A DNA stretch of 64,000 bases, taken from positions 1,536,001 through 1,600,000 of the forward strand of contig CBDFJG010000003.1 of the NCBI GenBank assembly GCA_965248445.1, given 5' to 3'. Positions 39,069 to 48,669 of this stretch are shown here, one piece after another. The position numbers and the translations under genes are program-made. This DNA is from Planctomycetota bacterium (GTDB lineage: Bacteria > Planctomycetota > JAJSAM01 > JAJVHW01). Under the pieces are notes generated by a model. The model saw only the letters and a program-made list of their open reading frames with translations. It was not told the origin of the DNA and searched no databases. How positions within the stretch are numbered: position 1 is the first letter of the stretch; every line of letters begins with the position of its first letter.

Positions 39069-40904
39069 ATGGCCTCTCGCAGCACCCTCCTCGCCGCCTT
39101 CGCGGCCACTGCCCTCAGCGGCGGACTCCTGGCCCTCGCCCCGCCGGCCACCGGCGGATCCAAGCCCGATCCGTTGCGCGACCTCGTCCGGCGGGACGAT
39201 GCTCTCGCGCTGCGCCTGTCGGGCCGCACCCGGATCAGTTCGGACGGCTGGATCGCCGGGCTGACTATTCGGCGGCTCACGGACGGTACCCAGGTTGACG
39301 GCACGTTCGTCCGTGGCCGGCCGCTGACCGACCGGAGCGGCGGCCGCGTCCGGGTGATCCCCTGGCTCATCGAGGACGAGTTGCAGTCTCAGGGCGCATC
39401 TGCGGCGGAGGCGGCGGCGTCCGTCGATCAGTTGCTCTCCGGACGGCGCACCACGCGCCTGGGCAAGCTGCTCCGCTTCGACCGGGCGGTCCGGGACCGG
39501 CTGCCCCTCGGCGCGTACGGCGGCGTCCTGGTGGGCGAAGGCGTCGCGGCGCCCATCCCTCCACCCGTTGACGGGGGCTCCGCGTTGGCCGCGACGCGTC
39601 GGCGCATCGCGGGCGACGACACGCTCTGGGCCGCCGCGCTCGCCGGCGACGCCTCCGCGTATGCACAGCTGCGGTCCGATCCGGAATTCGGTGGCCTGCG
39701 GTTCACCGATGCCTCGGACGGACAGCGGCGCATGGCTCATTTCCGTCACTCGACGCTGGTGCTGAAGCGCGCCCGGCGGGACGTCACGCTGCTGCCGATG
39801 GTGCCGGCCGAGAGCTCCCTGACCGGCTGGCTCGTGGACGAGTCCCAGTACGAGATCGCCGTCGCGGGACGCCGGCGCGTGCTGAGCGCGCGCGTCGCGT
39901 CGAGCGGCAAGCGCATCCAGGGGGCACGCGGCAGGCTGCGATTCCGAACGCCGACGGCGGACGAGCGGTTCCTGCTGCACTCCGGCGCTTTGACCAGGCC
40001 GCGCCCGATCACCGTGACGCCGCCCAATGGCGACTACCTTGTCCACCCGCGAATGGACTGGGAGAGTCCGCAGGACCCGACGACGTACGCGGGCGGAGAG
40101 AACGAGTTCGTGGTGCGCTTGCGCTTCCCCGAGCCGCTAGATCCCGCGACCGTCACGGACCGGGAAGTGTCTCTCACCGCAACTCGCGTGCACGTAGGGA
40201 CGGAGGACGAAGCGGTGGTCGCCGCGTACGTCCCCGGCCACGTGACGTTGACGCAATCCGTGCGAGACGGAGCGATCGTAGAGCTGCGACCGAACGAGCC
40301 CCTGCAGCCGAAGACCGAGTACGAGGTCCGCGTGCGGGGCAGCGTCACGACCCTCGGCAACCAGTACGCGGGATCGGACTGGCTCTCGCGTTTCACGGTC
40401 GCCGGCTCGGCACCCGCGCAGGAACTGACGCAGACGTTCGAGGGATCGCCGCCGGCGGACTACCTCGGTACCGTGCCGACTCCGACGGCGCTGTGGCCCC
40501 GGCCCGAGACGTTCCCGGACGGATCGCAGCGGCTCGCGCCCGATCCGTCGCTCACGACGTCGGTCGCGCACACGGCGTGGCTCGACACGGGACGTCTCGC
40601 GGCGCGTCTCTCACACGTGCTCGACGATCCGGACACGCCCGGGATGGAGGGCAGCGAGATCGACGTGCCCGCGAACGGCTCGACCGTCACTATCGAGGTG
40701 CGGACCGCGCCGCGACACCCGGTGGATCCCTCACTGCCCCAGCCCCTGCTTGCGACATCCTGGCAACCGATCGACGACATCGCCGTGCTGGACGACCGGG
40801 CGTTCGCGCAGGTTCGCGTGACGTTCACGCTGCCACCCGATCTGCCCCCGGGTGCCGCACTGCCGTCGGTCGAGCGCATCGTGATTGGGGTCGCCGCTGA
40901 GTAG
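39069..40904 (+). CDS. Secreted hypothetical protein with a bacterial Ig-like (Big_5/SbsA-type) domain
   Basis: Signal peptide; LRFPEPLDPATV...LRPNEPLQPKTEYEVRV...FTV. Confidence 0.7.
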   Translation: MASRSTLLAAFAATALSGGLLALAPPATGGSKPDPLRDLVRRDDALALRLSGRTRISSDGWIAGLTIRRLTDGTQVDGTFVRGRPLTDRSGGRVRVIPWLIEDELQSQGASAAEAAASVDQLLSGRRTTRLGKLLRFDRAVRDRLPLGAYGGVLVGEGVAAPIPPPVDGGSALAATRRRIAGDDTLWAAALAGDASAYAQLRSDPEFGGLRFTDASDGQRRMAHFRHSTLVLKRARRDVTLLPMVPAESSLTGWLVDESQYEIAVAGRRRVLSARVASSGKRIQGARGRLRFRTPTADERFLLHSGALTRPRPITVTPPNGDYLVHPRMDWESPQDPTTYAGGENEFVVRLRFPEPLDPATVTDREVSLTATRVHVGTEDEAVVAAYVPGHVTLTQSVRDGAIVELRPNEPLQPKTEYEVRVRGSVTTLGNQYAGSDWLSRFTVAGSAPAQELTQTFEGSPPADYLGTVPTPTALWPRPETFPDGSQRLAPDPSLTTSVAHTAWLDTGRLAARLSHVLDDPDTPGMEGSEIDVPANGSTVTIEVRTAPRHPVDPSLPQPLLATSWQPIDDIAVLDDRAFAQVRVTFTLPPDLPPGAALPSVERIVIGVAAE

Positions 40905-40933
40905 ACGACTGGCGGGCGTGGACGTCGTTCTGA

Positions 40934-41512
40934 TCACGCAGGACTGAGGACGCCTGCGTCGCGCATGTCGTGCAGCAGCCGGCCGATGCCACCGTAGTGG
41001 GCGGCGAAGTGTTCGAGCACGTGGTAGAGCATCCAGCGGCGGGCGAACGTCTTGTTGCGCATCTCGATCGTCAGCGAGAGGTCGGCATCGCTCCACGCGA
41101 GGAGCACTTCGCGCACCCGCGCGCGCGCCTTGCTCAGCATGTCCTGATAGTCGGCCAGCGTCTTGCCGCGCAGCGCCTCGGGGAACGCGCCGTCCGGCGG
41201 CTGCGGCATGCCGTCGTCCTCACCGGAGAGGCCGATGATCCGCGCGTACTCCGCGTAGACCTCCGGCCGCTCGTCCACGCCGAACGGCGCGCAGGTGAGC
41301 CACCAGATCTCGACCATCGCGAGATGCGCCAGCAACATCCCGACGGAGTTGTGACCGGGTCCCGGCCGCCACTCCAACTGCTCTACCGACAACCCGGCGA
41401 CGGTGTCATTCAAGCGGCGGAGCTGGTCGTCGAGAGACGCGGTCAACACACCGACCAGTTGCTGGGTCACCGGGTCGAACGCGGCGTCGATCTCGAGAAG
41501 GCGGTCGCTCAT
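40934..41512 (-). CDS. DinB family protein
   Basis: NSVGMLLAHLAMVE and WMLYHVLEHFAAHYG. Confidence 0.85.
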   Translation of the reverse strand: MSDRLLEIDAAFDPVTQQLVGVLTASLDDQLRRLNDTVAGLSVEQLEWRPGPGHNSVGMLLAHLAMVEIWWLTCAPFGVDERPEVYAEYARIIGLSGEDDGMPQPPDGAFPEALRGKTLADYQDMLSKARARVREVLLAWSDADLSLTIEMRNKTFARRWMLYHVLEHFAAHYGGIGRLLHDMRDAGVLSPA

Positions 41513-41660
41513 CGCGGCATCGTAGCGACCCCAGACCGCGTACGGCCGTCGCATCCTCGCAGGGACCGCGGACGGGTTGACGCCTCTGCGGTGCCCGCTA
41601 CGGTCGATGTGGTTGGACTTGGCAGAGTTGGCTTGAGGGCCGCGCTAGACGGAGGACTGG

Positions 41661-44003
41661 ATGTCCCTACGCACTCAGCGCGCTACGTTGTTCGTGTTCT
41701 TGGCTGCCGCCGGCCTGCTGGGTGGTGGAGGGACGCACGCAGCCGAGGCGCCCGGGTCGGACTGGCTGGACCCCGGGTTTGGCGTGGCGACCACGTGTTA
41801 CGAGGGCTACGGCGACCCAAGCTCCGAGGAGCAAGAGCTGCTCGAGCACATGAACCGCGCGCGAAGGGATCCTGTCGGCGAGGGCGATCGTGCGGCGGCC
41901 TTCTACCGCGATGTGTCCTTGCAGTCGTCGCACCTTCTCGCGGCCGCCCGGCTAACCGGGGTTCCGGAGTTCACTCCCGTCGAGACTCACGATGCGATCA
42001 CGGCGATTCCCCCGGCGCCGCCGCTCGTTTTCGACGGCACCCTGATCGACGTCGCACGTGCCCACGCTCAGGTGATGTCCGACCTGGATCAGCAGACGTT
42101 TCAGGGTCCGGGCGAGGCCGTGCTCGAACAGCGCGTCGTGGATGCCGGGTACCCCGATGGCGCCACGTTCGACGAGTTCATCTACGGGTACGGCCGCGAA
42201 CCACTCAACATTCACGGTGTGTTCATGCTCGACGTCGGCCAACCTGTGGACGCGACCACCGGCCGGCGCGCTACCGGTCACCGCGACACGATCATGGACC
42301 CGGACTTCATAGAGATCGGCGTCGGGATCGTCGATCGCCAGCGCACAGACGGCTCGCCGCCTCTCGTTACGCTCGGCCCCAAGGTCGTCACGATCGACTT
42401 CTCGAAACCGCTCTCCCCTCTGCGCTACGTGACCGGTGTCTGCTACGTCGACTTGGACGGAGACGGTGCGTACGGCCGCGACGAGGGCATCGAGGGCGTG
42501 CGTGTAGAGACCGACGCGACGAGCGAGTACACGATCACGTCGTCAAGCGGCGGTTACGCCATCCCGGTCACCCCCGGGATTGGCGAGATCCAGGTGCGTG
42601 CCACGGGACGTCGCGGACATCTCTCGGCGCGCTTCGGTGTGGACACGAAGACGGTGAACGTCGGTGACAACAGTGTGAAGGTCGACTTCGTGGTGCCGTT
42701 CGAGTTCCCGCAGCCGACCCGGATCTCGGCGTCGTTCATCGATCTCGACGATGGCGAGACGACCGTCATCGATCTGCCGATCGCCGAATCGGAGCCGGCC
42801 GTGGGCCGCGTCCATCGGGTCGACCTGGATGTCGGCATCGGTCACTCCGACCGTGCGGATCTGACGCTCGTGCTCGAGTCTCCCGACGGCAGACTGGTCA
42901 CCTTGATCCGCGGCGGTTCGCCCGGGGTCGACTTCCGCGGGTCGTTCCCGCTGAACCTGGCCCCGGTCGAGGACATGCGAGCATTCGCGGGGGCGCCCGT
43001 GTCGGGCACGTGGCGATTGCACGTCACGGACGCCGCCGCAGGCGGCGTCGGCCGCGTTGACGCAGTCATGCTGCACGTGCTTCCCGAGCAGTTCGAACCG
43101 ATCGAGTCACCACTGACGGGGCTCCGACTCACGCGGCTGCGGCTGCGCAATTCGAAGCGCTCGGGACGGGACAGGGTCGAGATCGCGGGGACGATCGACG
43201 CGTACGGCAACGTGCTCCAACCGGCCGAGGGAGCGGAGATCCGCATTCGCGTACCGGGCGACGGCGGTGCCGAGATCCTCCGGGCTGTGCTGGTCGGCGA
43301 CGACGTCAACAACGCTCCGCTCAAGGTCCGCTCGAAGTTCCGCTGGAATCGCAAGGGCACGACGCGCACGACGTTCACAGCGACGATCAAGAGAGCGAGT
43401 CTGCCGGCGTTGCCGGAGCGCGTGATCGTGGAGCTGCATCTCGGTGGAGTCATCGTTGCGGAAGACGTGCCGCTGTACTCGAACGGACGTCTCGCCGGGC
43501 AGTTCGCGAGCCCGAGCCGTCGCGACCCGGAACTGCGTCTCAGCATCGACCGGGTCACGACGAGTACGCGCCGCGGCGTTCGCGTCCTGAAGGTCCGGGC
43601 GAAGATGTCGGTGCCGCCCGGACTGGTCCCGCCGCCGGTCCTGCGTCCGATCGTCTTCCCGGACGGGCGCGCGCACCTGCGAATCGGTCGTGTGACGATG
43701 ACGGCTCCCGTGGATCCGGCTCCGTTCGCCCGGCGCGGCTGGGCCAACACTCCGCTCGCAGACTTCGCCGTTTCCCCGGAGCACAAGGCCCTGCTCGCGC
43801 AGCCGGAATTCGCGCTGTTGCACGATCCGTACGCCGAGATCCGGAGCGTGAGCATCAACTTCCGAACGGGTGGGGTCATCATGCACGTACCGGCGGCGGA
43901 AGCACTGCTGGATGGCACTGTGCTCGTGCGGCTGCGCATCGGCTCGCATGTCGCCTTCGCCAGCGTGGGCGTGCGCACGACTCGGCGCGGCGTCCGCTAC
44001 TGA
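41661..44003 (+). CDS. Secreted CAP-domain protein with prealbumin-like and proprotein-convertase P domains
   Basis: EQELLEHMNRARRDP, GHRDTIM...EIGVG, YVDLDGDGAY...EGI, HSDRADLTLVLESPDG, GTWRLHVTD. Confidence 0.8.
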   Translation: MSLRTQRATLFVFLAAAGLLGGGGTHAAEAPGSDWLDPGFGVATTCYEGYGDPSSEEQELLEHMNRARRDPVGEGDRAAAFYRDVSLQSSHLLAAARLTGVPEFTPVETHDAITAIPPAPPLVFDGTLIDVARAHAQVMSDLDQQTFQGPGEAVLEQRVVDAGYPDGATFDEFIYGYGREPLNIHGVFMLDVGQPVDATTGRRATGHRDTIMDPDFIEIGVGIVDRQRTDGSPPLVTLGPKVVTIDFSKPLSPLRYVTGVCYVDLDGDGAYGRDEGIEGVRVETDATSEYTITSSSGGYAIPVTPGIGEIQVRATGRRGHLSARFGVDTKTVNVGDNSVKVDFVVPFEFPQPTRISASFIDLDDGETTVIDLPIAESEPAVGRVHRVDLDVGIGHSDRADLTLVLESPDGRLVTLIRGGSPGVDFRGSFPLNLAPVEDMRAFAGAPVSGTWRLHVTDAAAGGVGRVDAVMLHVLPEQFEPIESPLTGLRLTRLRLRNSKRSGRDRVEIAGTIDAYGNVLQPAEGAEIRIRVPGDGGAEILRAVLVGDDVNNAPLKVRSKFRWNRKGTTRTTFTATIKRASLPALPERVIVELHLGGVIVAEDVPLYSNGRLAGQFASPSRRDPELRLSIDRVTTSTRRGVRVLKVRAKMSVPPGLVPPPVLRPIVFPDGRAHLRIGRVTMTAPVDPAPFARRGWANTPLADFAVSPEHKALLAQPEFALLHDPYAEIRSVSINFRTGGVIMHVPAAEALLDGTVLVRLRIGSHVAFASVGVRTTRRGVRY

Positions 44004-44096
44004 CCCCTGCCCTCAACGCTCGGTCGGCGGGCAGACAGAGCGCCGGTAGCATCCCGGGTCCGCCCTGCGGGAGCAGCGCGGGCACGGAGCAGAACG

Positions 44097-46748
44097 ATGT
44101 CGATGGCCAAGCACTGGGTCCCGAAAGACCACGAGCAGGAGATCTACCGCCGCTGGGAGGAGTCCGGCGCGTTCGTCGCGGACGCGAGCTCGGACCGACC
44201 GGCGTTCACGATCTCCATGCCTCCGCCCAACGCCACGGGAACGCTGCACCTCGGGCACTCGATCATGCTCGCCATCGAGGACGCAATGGCCCGCTGGCGG
44301 CGCATGTCGGGCGACGAGGTGCTCTGGCTCCCGGGCACCGATCACGCGGCGATCGCGACCGAGGCCGTGGTGATCCACCAGTTGCAAGCGAGCGGCATGG
44401 CCGACCCGCGTGGTGAGCTCGGGCGAGATGAGCTGGTACGGCGGATCGCCGAGTTCGTGGACGGCTCGCGAAGCACGATCCGCTCGCAGATCCGCGCCAT
44501 GGGCGCATCGTGCGACTGGTCGCGCGAACGTTACACAATGGACCCGTCACTGCACCGCTGCGTGGACGAGGTGTTCGCCAAGATGTTCGCGGACGGACTG
44601 ATCTACCGAGGGCCGCGCATCGTGAACTGGGACCCCCATCTCCAGACCACGGTGTCCGACGACGAGATCTACCACGAGACGCGCCAGGCCAAGTTCTACA
44701 CGCTGCGGTACGGGCCGTTTCTTGTCGGCACCAGCAGGCCGGAGACGAAGCTCGGCGACACCGCCGTCGCGGTGCATCCGGACGACGATCGCTACAAGCA
44801 CCACGTCGGCAAGACGTACGAGGTGCCGTGGCCCAAGGGCCCGACGATCTCGGTCAAGGTCGTGGCGGACGAGGCCGTGGACCCCGAGTTCGGGACCGGC
44901 TGCCTGGGCGTGACACCGGCACACAGCGCGATCGACTTCGAGATCGCCCAGAAGAACGACCTGCCGCTCGTCCAGATCATCGGCGAGGACGGTCGCATGA
45001 CCGAGGCCGCCGGTCCGCACTACGCCGGCATGACCGTGCTCGAGTGCCGCAAGGCGTTCGCGGCCGAACTCGAAGCCGTCGGCTTGCTCGCCGACGTGAA
45101 GGACTACGACCAGCAGCTGTCCCTCTGCTACCGGTCGAAGAAGCCCATCGAACCGTTGCCCAAGGAGCAGTGGTTCGTGAACGTGAACCGCTCCGTGGTC
45201 CCGTGGAAGGGCCGCAGCATGTCGCTCAAGGAAGTGATGCGCGACGTGGTCGAGTCCGGCGACATCCGCATCCTCCCGGACCACGAGGAGCGCAAGTACT
45301 TCCACTGGATCGACAACCTGCGCGACTGGTGCGTGTCGCGGCAGATCTGGTGGGGTCACCGGGTGCCCGTGTGGACGCGCGGCGACGAGCAGCACGTGGG
45401 ACACGTGGCGCCGACCGGCGATGGCTGGGTGCAGGACAACGACACCCTCGACACGTGGTTCAGCTCGGCGCTCTGGACGTGGAGCACACTGCTCGATCCG
45501 GCGATCGTCGAGGACACGTCGCGCGACCTGGCACAGCTCCTCGCGGACAGCCCGGACTTCCAGAAGTTCCACCCGACCTCCGTGATGGAGACGGGCTACG
45601 ACATCATCTTCTTCTGGGTCGCGCGCATGATCCTGATGACGACGTACGCCACGGGACAGATCCCGTTCGAGACCGTGTACCTGCACGGCATGGTGCTCGA
45701 CCGCGACGGCGACAAGATGTCGAAGTCCAAACCCGAGACGTCCATCGATCCGGTCGAGACGATCGACGAGCTCGGTGCCGACGTCCTACGCCTGGCGATG
45801 ATGCTCGGCAACTCGCCCGGCCGGGACCTCAAGCTCGGCAAGGAGCGGCTGACCGGCTGCAAGCGGCTGATCAACAAGCTCTGGAACGCGACGAAGCTCG
45901 TGCTCATCACACTCGGAGACGACCGTCCGGACGGGCTCCCTGCAACGATCGAACACCCCGTCAACCGTTGGATGGTGGCCCGTCTGGACACCGTCGTCTC
46001 GGAGGTGGACAAGCGATTCACGGGCTGGCACTTCGGCGACGCTGCCGAGGTGATCCGCGCGTCGTTCTGGGACAACTTCTGCGATGTGTACCTCGAAGCG
46101 ATCAAGGTGCCTGAACTCGCGGAGCTCGCCGAGACCAAGGGCGTCCTGCTGCACGGACTTCGCACCTACGTCGCACTGCTGCATCCGTACATGCCGTTCG
46201 TGACGGAGCACCTGTGGGCCAAAACCGGCGGCGAAGGCATGCTGGTCCGCGCACCGTGGCCGACGGCTTCGGGCCACGAGATCCACGCATCCGGCATCGA
46301 CGCCGTCGTGCGTCTGCTCAACGCCGTGCGCGGCATCCGCGCCGAGCAGGAGATCGACCCGCACAGCAAGGTGGACGTAACCGTCATCGCGAATCGCGAC
46401 ACGGCGGCATTCGAAGCATCCCGCGCGGTGATCGAGCGCTTGATCAAGAGCGACAAGCTGACGATCACGGCCGACGGCGAAGCTCCCGACGGCGCCGCCG
46501 TCGCTGTGGACCCGGAATTCCAGGCCGCCGTCATGCTCGGCGCCGCCGACCGCGAGGCCATGCGCGCCCGCTTCGCGAAGCAACTCGAGAAGTCCGAGGG
46601 ACAGCTCGCGGGCGTCGAGAAGCGGCTCGCGAACGAGAACTTCGTCAACCGCGCGAAGCCAGAGGCCGTCGAACGCGCCCGCAACGACGCCGAGAGCCTC
46701 CGCACGACGATCGCAGCACTGCGCGAACGCCTTGCGACGATGAACTGA
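44097..46748 (+). CDS. valS: Valine--tRNA ligase
   Basis: PPPNATGTLHLGH, PGTDHAAIATE, DWCVSRQIWWGH, DTWFSSALW, KMSKS, C-terminal coiled coil. Confidence 0.97.
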   Translation: MSMAKHWVPKDHEQEIYRRWEESGAFVADASSDRPAFTISMPPPNATGTLHLGHSIMLAIEDAMARWRRMSGDEVLWLPGTDHAAIATEAVVIHQLQASGMADPRGELGRDELVRRIAEFVDGSRSTIRSQIRAMGASCDWSRERYTMDPSLHRCVDEVFAKMFADGLIYRGPRIVNWDPHLQTTVSDDEIYHETRQAKFYTLRYGPFLVGTSRPETKLGDTAVAVHPDDDRYKHHVGKTYEVPWPKGPTISVKVVADEAVDPEFGTGCLGVTPAHSAIDFEIAQKNDLPLVQIIGEDGRMTEAAGPHYAGMTVLECRKAFAAELEAVGLLADVKDYDQQLSLCYRSKKPIEPLPKEQWFVNVNRSVVPWKGRSMSLKEVMRDVVESGDIRILPDHEERKYFHWIDNLRDWCVSRQIWWGHRVPVWTRGDEQHVGHVAPTGDGWVQDNDTLDTWFSSALWTWSTLLDPAIVEDTSRDLAQLLADSPDFQKFHPTSVMETGYDIIFFWVARMILMTTYATGQIPFETVYLHGMVLDRDGDKMSKSKPETSIDPVETIDELGADVLRLAMMLGNSPGRDLKLGKERLTGCKRLINKLWNATKLVLITLGDDRPDGLPATIEHPVNRWMVARLDTVVSEVDKRFTGWHFGDAAEVIRASFWDNFCDVYLEAIKVPELAELAETKGVLLHGLRTYVALLHPYMPFVTEHLWAKTGGEGMLVRAPWPTASGHEIHASGIDAVVRLLNAVRGIRAEQEIDPHSKVDVTVIANRDTAAFEASRAVIERLIKSDKLTITADGEAPDGAAVAVDPEFQAAVMLGAADREAMRARFAKQLEKSEGQLAGVEKRLANENFVNRAKPEAVERARNDAESLRTTIAALRERLATMN

Positions 46749-46791
46749 GGCGCAGAGACCGGATCGCCCGAGCGTGTCGTAGCCTGCGACA

Positions 46792-48669
46792 GTGAGTGCC
46801 AGGGCGGGTCGGAGGGAGCGGGTGGTGGCGGCGCTTCTGCTCGTCGCGTCCGTCGTCGCCGGCGTCCAGTGGTTTCGCCATCCGCAACTGCAGGACGGAG
46901 TGAACTGGACGCGCGCTGCGCCCCCGGCCGACGAACAGCCGCGCAGCCGTGTGACGAACTTGCTCCTGCGTTTCGCGGACGGCGCGTGGTCGCTCGACGA
47001 GAGCGAGACCGTCGCGGTCGCCCCCGCCTACAACGCCGGGTGGACGCTGCAGCGGCCCCTGGGACCGTCCGCCCTCGACCGGCGGATCATGGGCCTGTGG
47101 CCCGTCGGAGCGACGTACCCGCGGTGGTCCGGGCCGTCCGCGACGCTGCGGAGCGAGTACGAGTTCGTCGGCGACGAGGCCGTCGACCTCGCACACATCT
47201 CGGCGCGGCCCACCTGGTACGCGCGCGTCAGCGACTGGCCCACACAGCGGACCCTACTGCCCGGCCGGTTCGCAACGCTCAACGCCCCGAGCCTCTGGTT
47301 GCCGTACGCGCAACCGGCCAACTCGCAGCACCGGGCCGTGCTCCAGGTGGTGAGTATGGACTCCGCGACGGCCGATGAGATCACCTCGCTGGAAGACGTG
47401 CGCACTCGCATGGCGCTGCTCGCGGGAGAGATGGCCCGGTCGGCAGAGCTCTACACCGGCGACCGGCACGGCTGGCTGCATCTGTACGAGGAGAGACTCG
47501 TCGACGCGTTCGGGCTGACTCTCGTGCTGAATCTGCGTCGCGACTCTCTCCGGCCCGTGCGCGATCGACTGGCGGAGTGGGTCTCGGCGCCGGACACGGA
47601 TATTCGCGACGGTCACGCGAGCCTGGATCGGGTTCTCGCCTGGGGACGCTTACTCGGACCGGCTCAGCCGACGGACGACGAGGTCGCGACCGCGTTGGAG
47701 GAACTCTCGAGCTGGGCCGGGGATCGCGCCGTGCGTTGGGTCGTCTCGTCGAACGAACACGCGCTGCGCGACCACCCGGCGGTCGTGCGGAGACGCGCGC
47801 AGCTGTCTGCGCCGCACTCCCGTCCGCAGCGTGCCATCGCGTTGGTCAACACGTTCATGGTGTCGATACTCGTGGCCGCAGGTGCCGGCGTGTGGTGGGT
47901 GCTGCGGCGCGGCGGATTTCGTCTCGCGGCCGGCCCGGATGGCGAGCGCCGCTTGCAGCTGTCTCTGCTCGTCGCTCTGATCCTCGCGTCGGTCCACCGG
48001 CCGGCGTGGGCCCGGATCGATCTCGGCAACGTTGGGCTGCTGTTGGCAGCTCTGTCGTGCTGGTCGCTTGCATCATCCCGGCGCGCGCGCTGGGCCGGCG
48101 TCGCATTCGTGACGGCCGCGTTGCTGCAGCCCATGTCCGAGTGGTTCGGGTCCGCCGCGCTGGATGCGCTCTCCCGCGCCGCCGCGTTCGCCGGGCTGGC
48201 ACTCGTCGTTGTCGCCCGGCGCGCGACGACTGCGGTCGACGAGACGCTGCCCCCCCGTCGCGCCGCGCCCGCGACCCGGCGAACTGCACTTCAACACGTG
48301 GCCGTGGTCGGCGTCGCGGTGCTTCTCATCCACTACGCGTTCGGTTTCGACTACACGGGTCTGGTCCGGCCCGAGCCCGAGGCGCTCGGCCGTGCGGCAT
48401 GGCTTGTGCTCGCGCTGCTCGCCGGGGCGGTGCTGGTCGTGCCTCGCCGCAGCCCGCGGGATTCCGTGCTGCGCGTTCCACTGGCCGCTTACGCCCTGGC
48501 GGTCGGGGCGTCGGCCCACATCGTCACCTGCCTGCTCGCGGCGACGGGTAGCCGGATCGACGCCTGGGACAGCCCGTCCGCCATCGGAGCGCTGGCAGCC
48601 GTCGTACTGCTCGGCGGCGTCGCGATCCGGATACTCTTCCGCGCACGGTTGCACGGGAGGGCGACGTGA
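46792..48669 (+). CDS. Hypothetical membrane protein (extracytoplasmic domain plus multiple C-terminal TMs)
   Basis: 625-aa ORF with an N-terminal TM and many hydrophobic segments; GTGA overlap with the next gene. Confidence 0.6.
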   Translation: MSARAGRRERVVAALLLVASVVAGVQWFRHPQLQDGVNWTRAAPPADEQPRSRVTNLLLRFADGAWSLDESETVAVAPAYNAGWTLQRPLGPSALDRRIMGLWPVGATYPRWSGPSATLRSEYEFVGDEAVDLAHISARPTWYARVSDWPTQRTLLPGRFATLNAPSLWLPYAQPANSQHRAVLQVVSMDSATADEITSLEDVRTRMALLAGEMARSAELYTGDRHGWLHLYEERLVDAFGLTLVLNLRRDSLRPVRDRLAEWVSAPDTDIRDGHASLDRVLAWGRLLGPAQPTDDEVATALEELSSWAGDRAVRWVVSSNEHALRDHPAVVRRRAQLSAPHSRPQRAIALVNTFMVSILVAAGAGVWWVLRRGGFRLAAGPDGERRLQLSLLVALILASVHRPAWARIDLGNVGLLLAALSCWSLASSRRARWAGVAFVTAALLQPMSEWFGSAALDALSRAAAFAGLALVVVARRATTAVDETLPPRRAAPATRRTALQHVAVVGVAVLLIHYAFGFDYTGLVRPEPEALGRAAWLVLALLAGAVLVVPRRSPRDSVLRVPLAAYALAVGASAHIVTCLLAATGSRIDAWDSPSAIGALAAVVLLGGVAIRILFRARLHGRAT

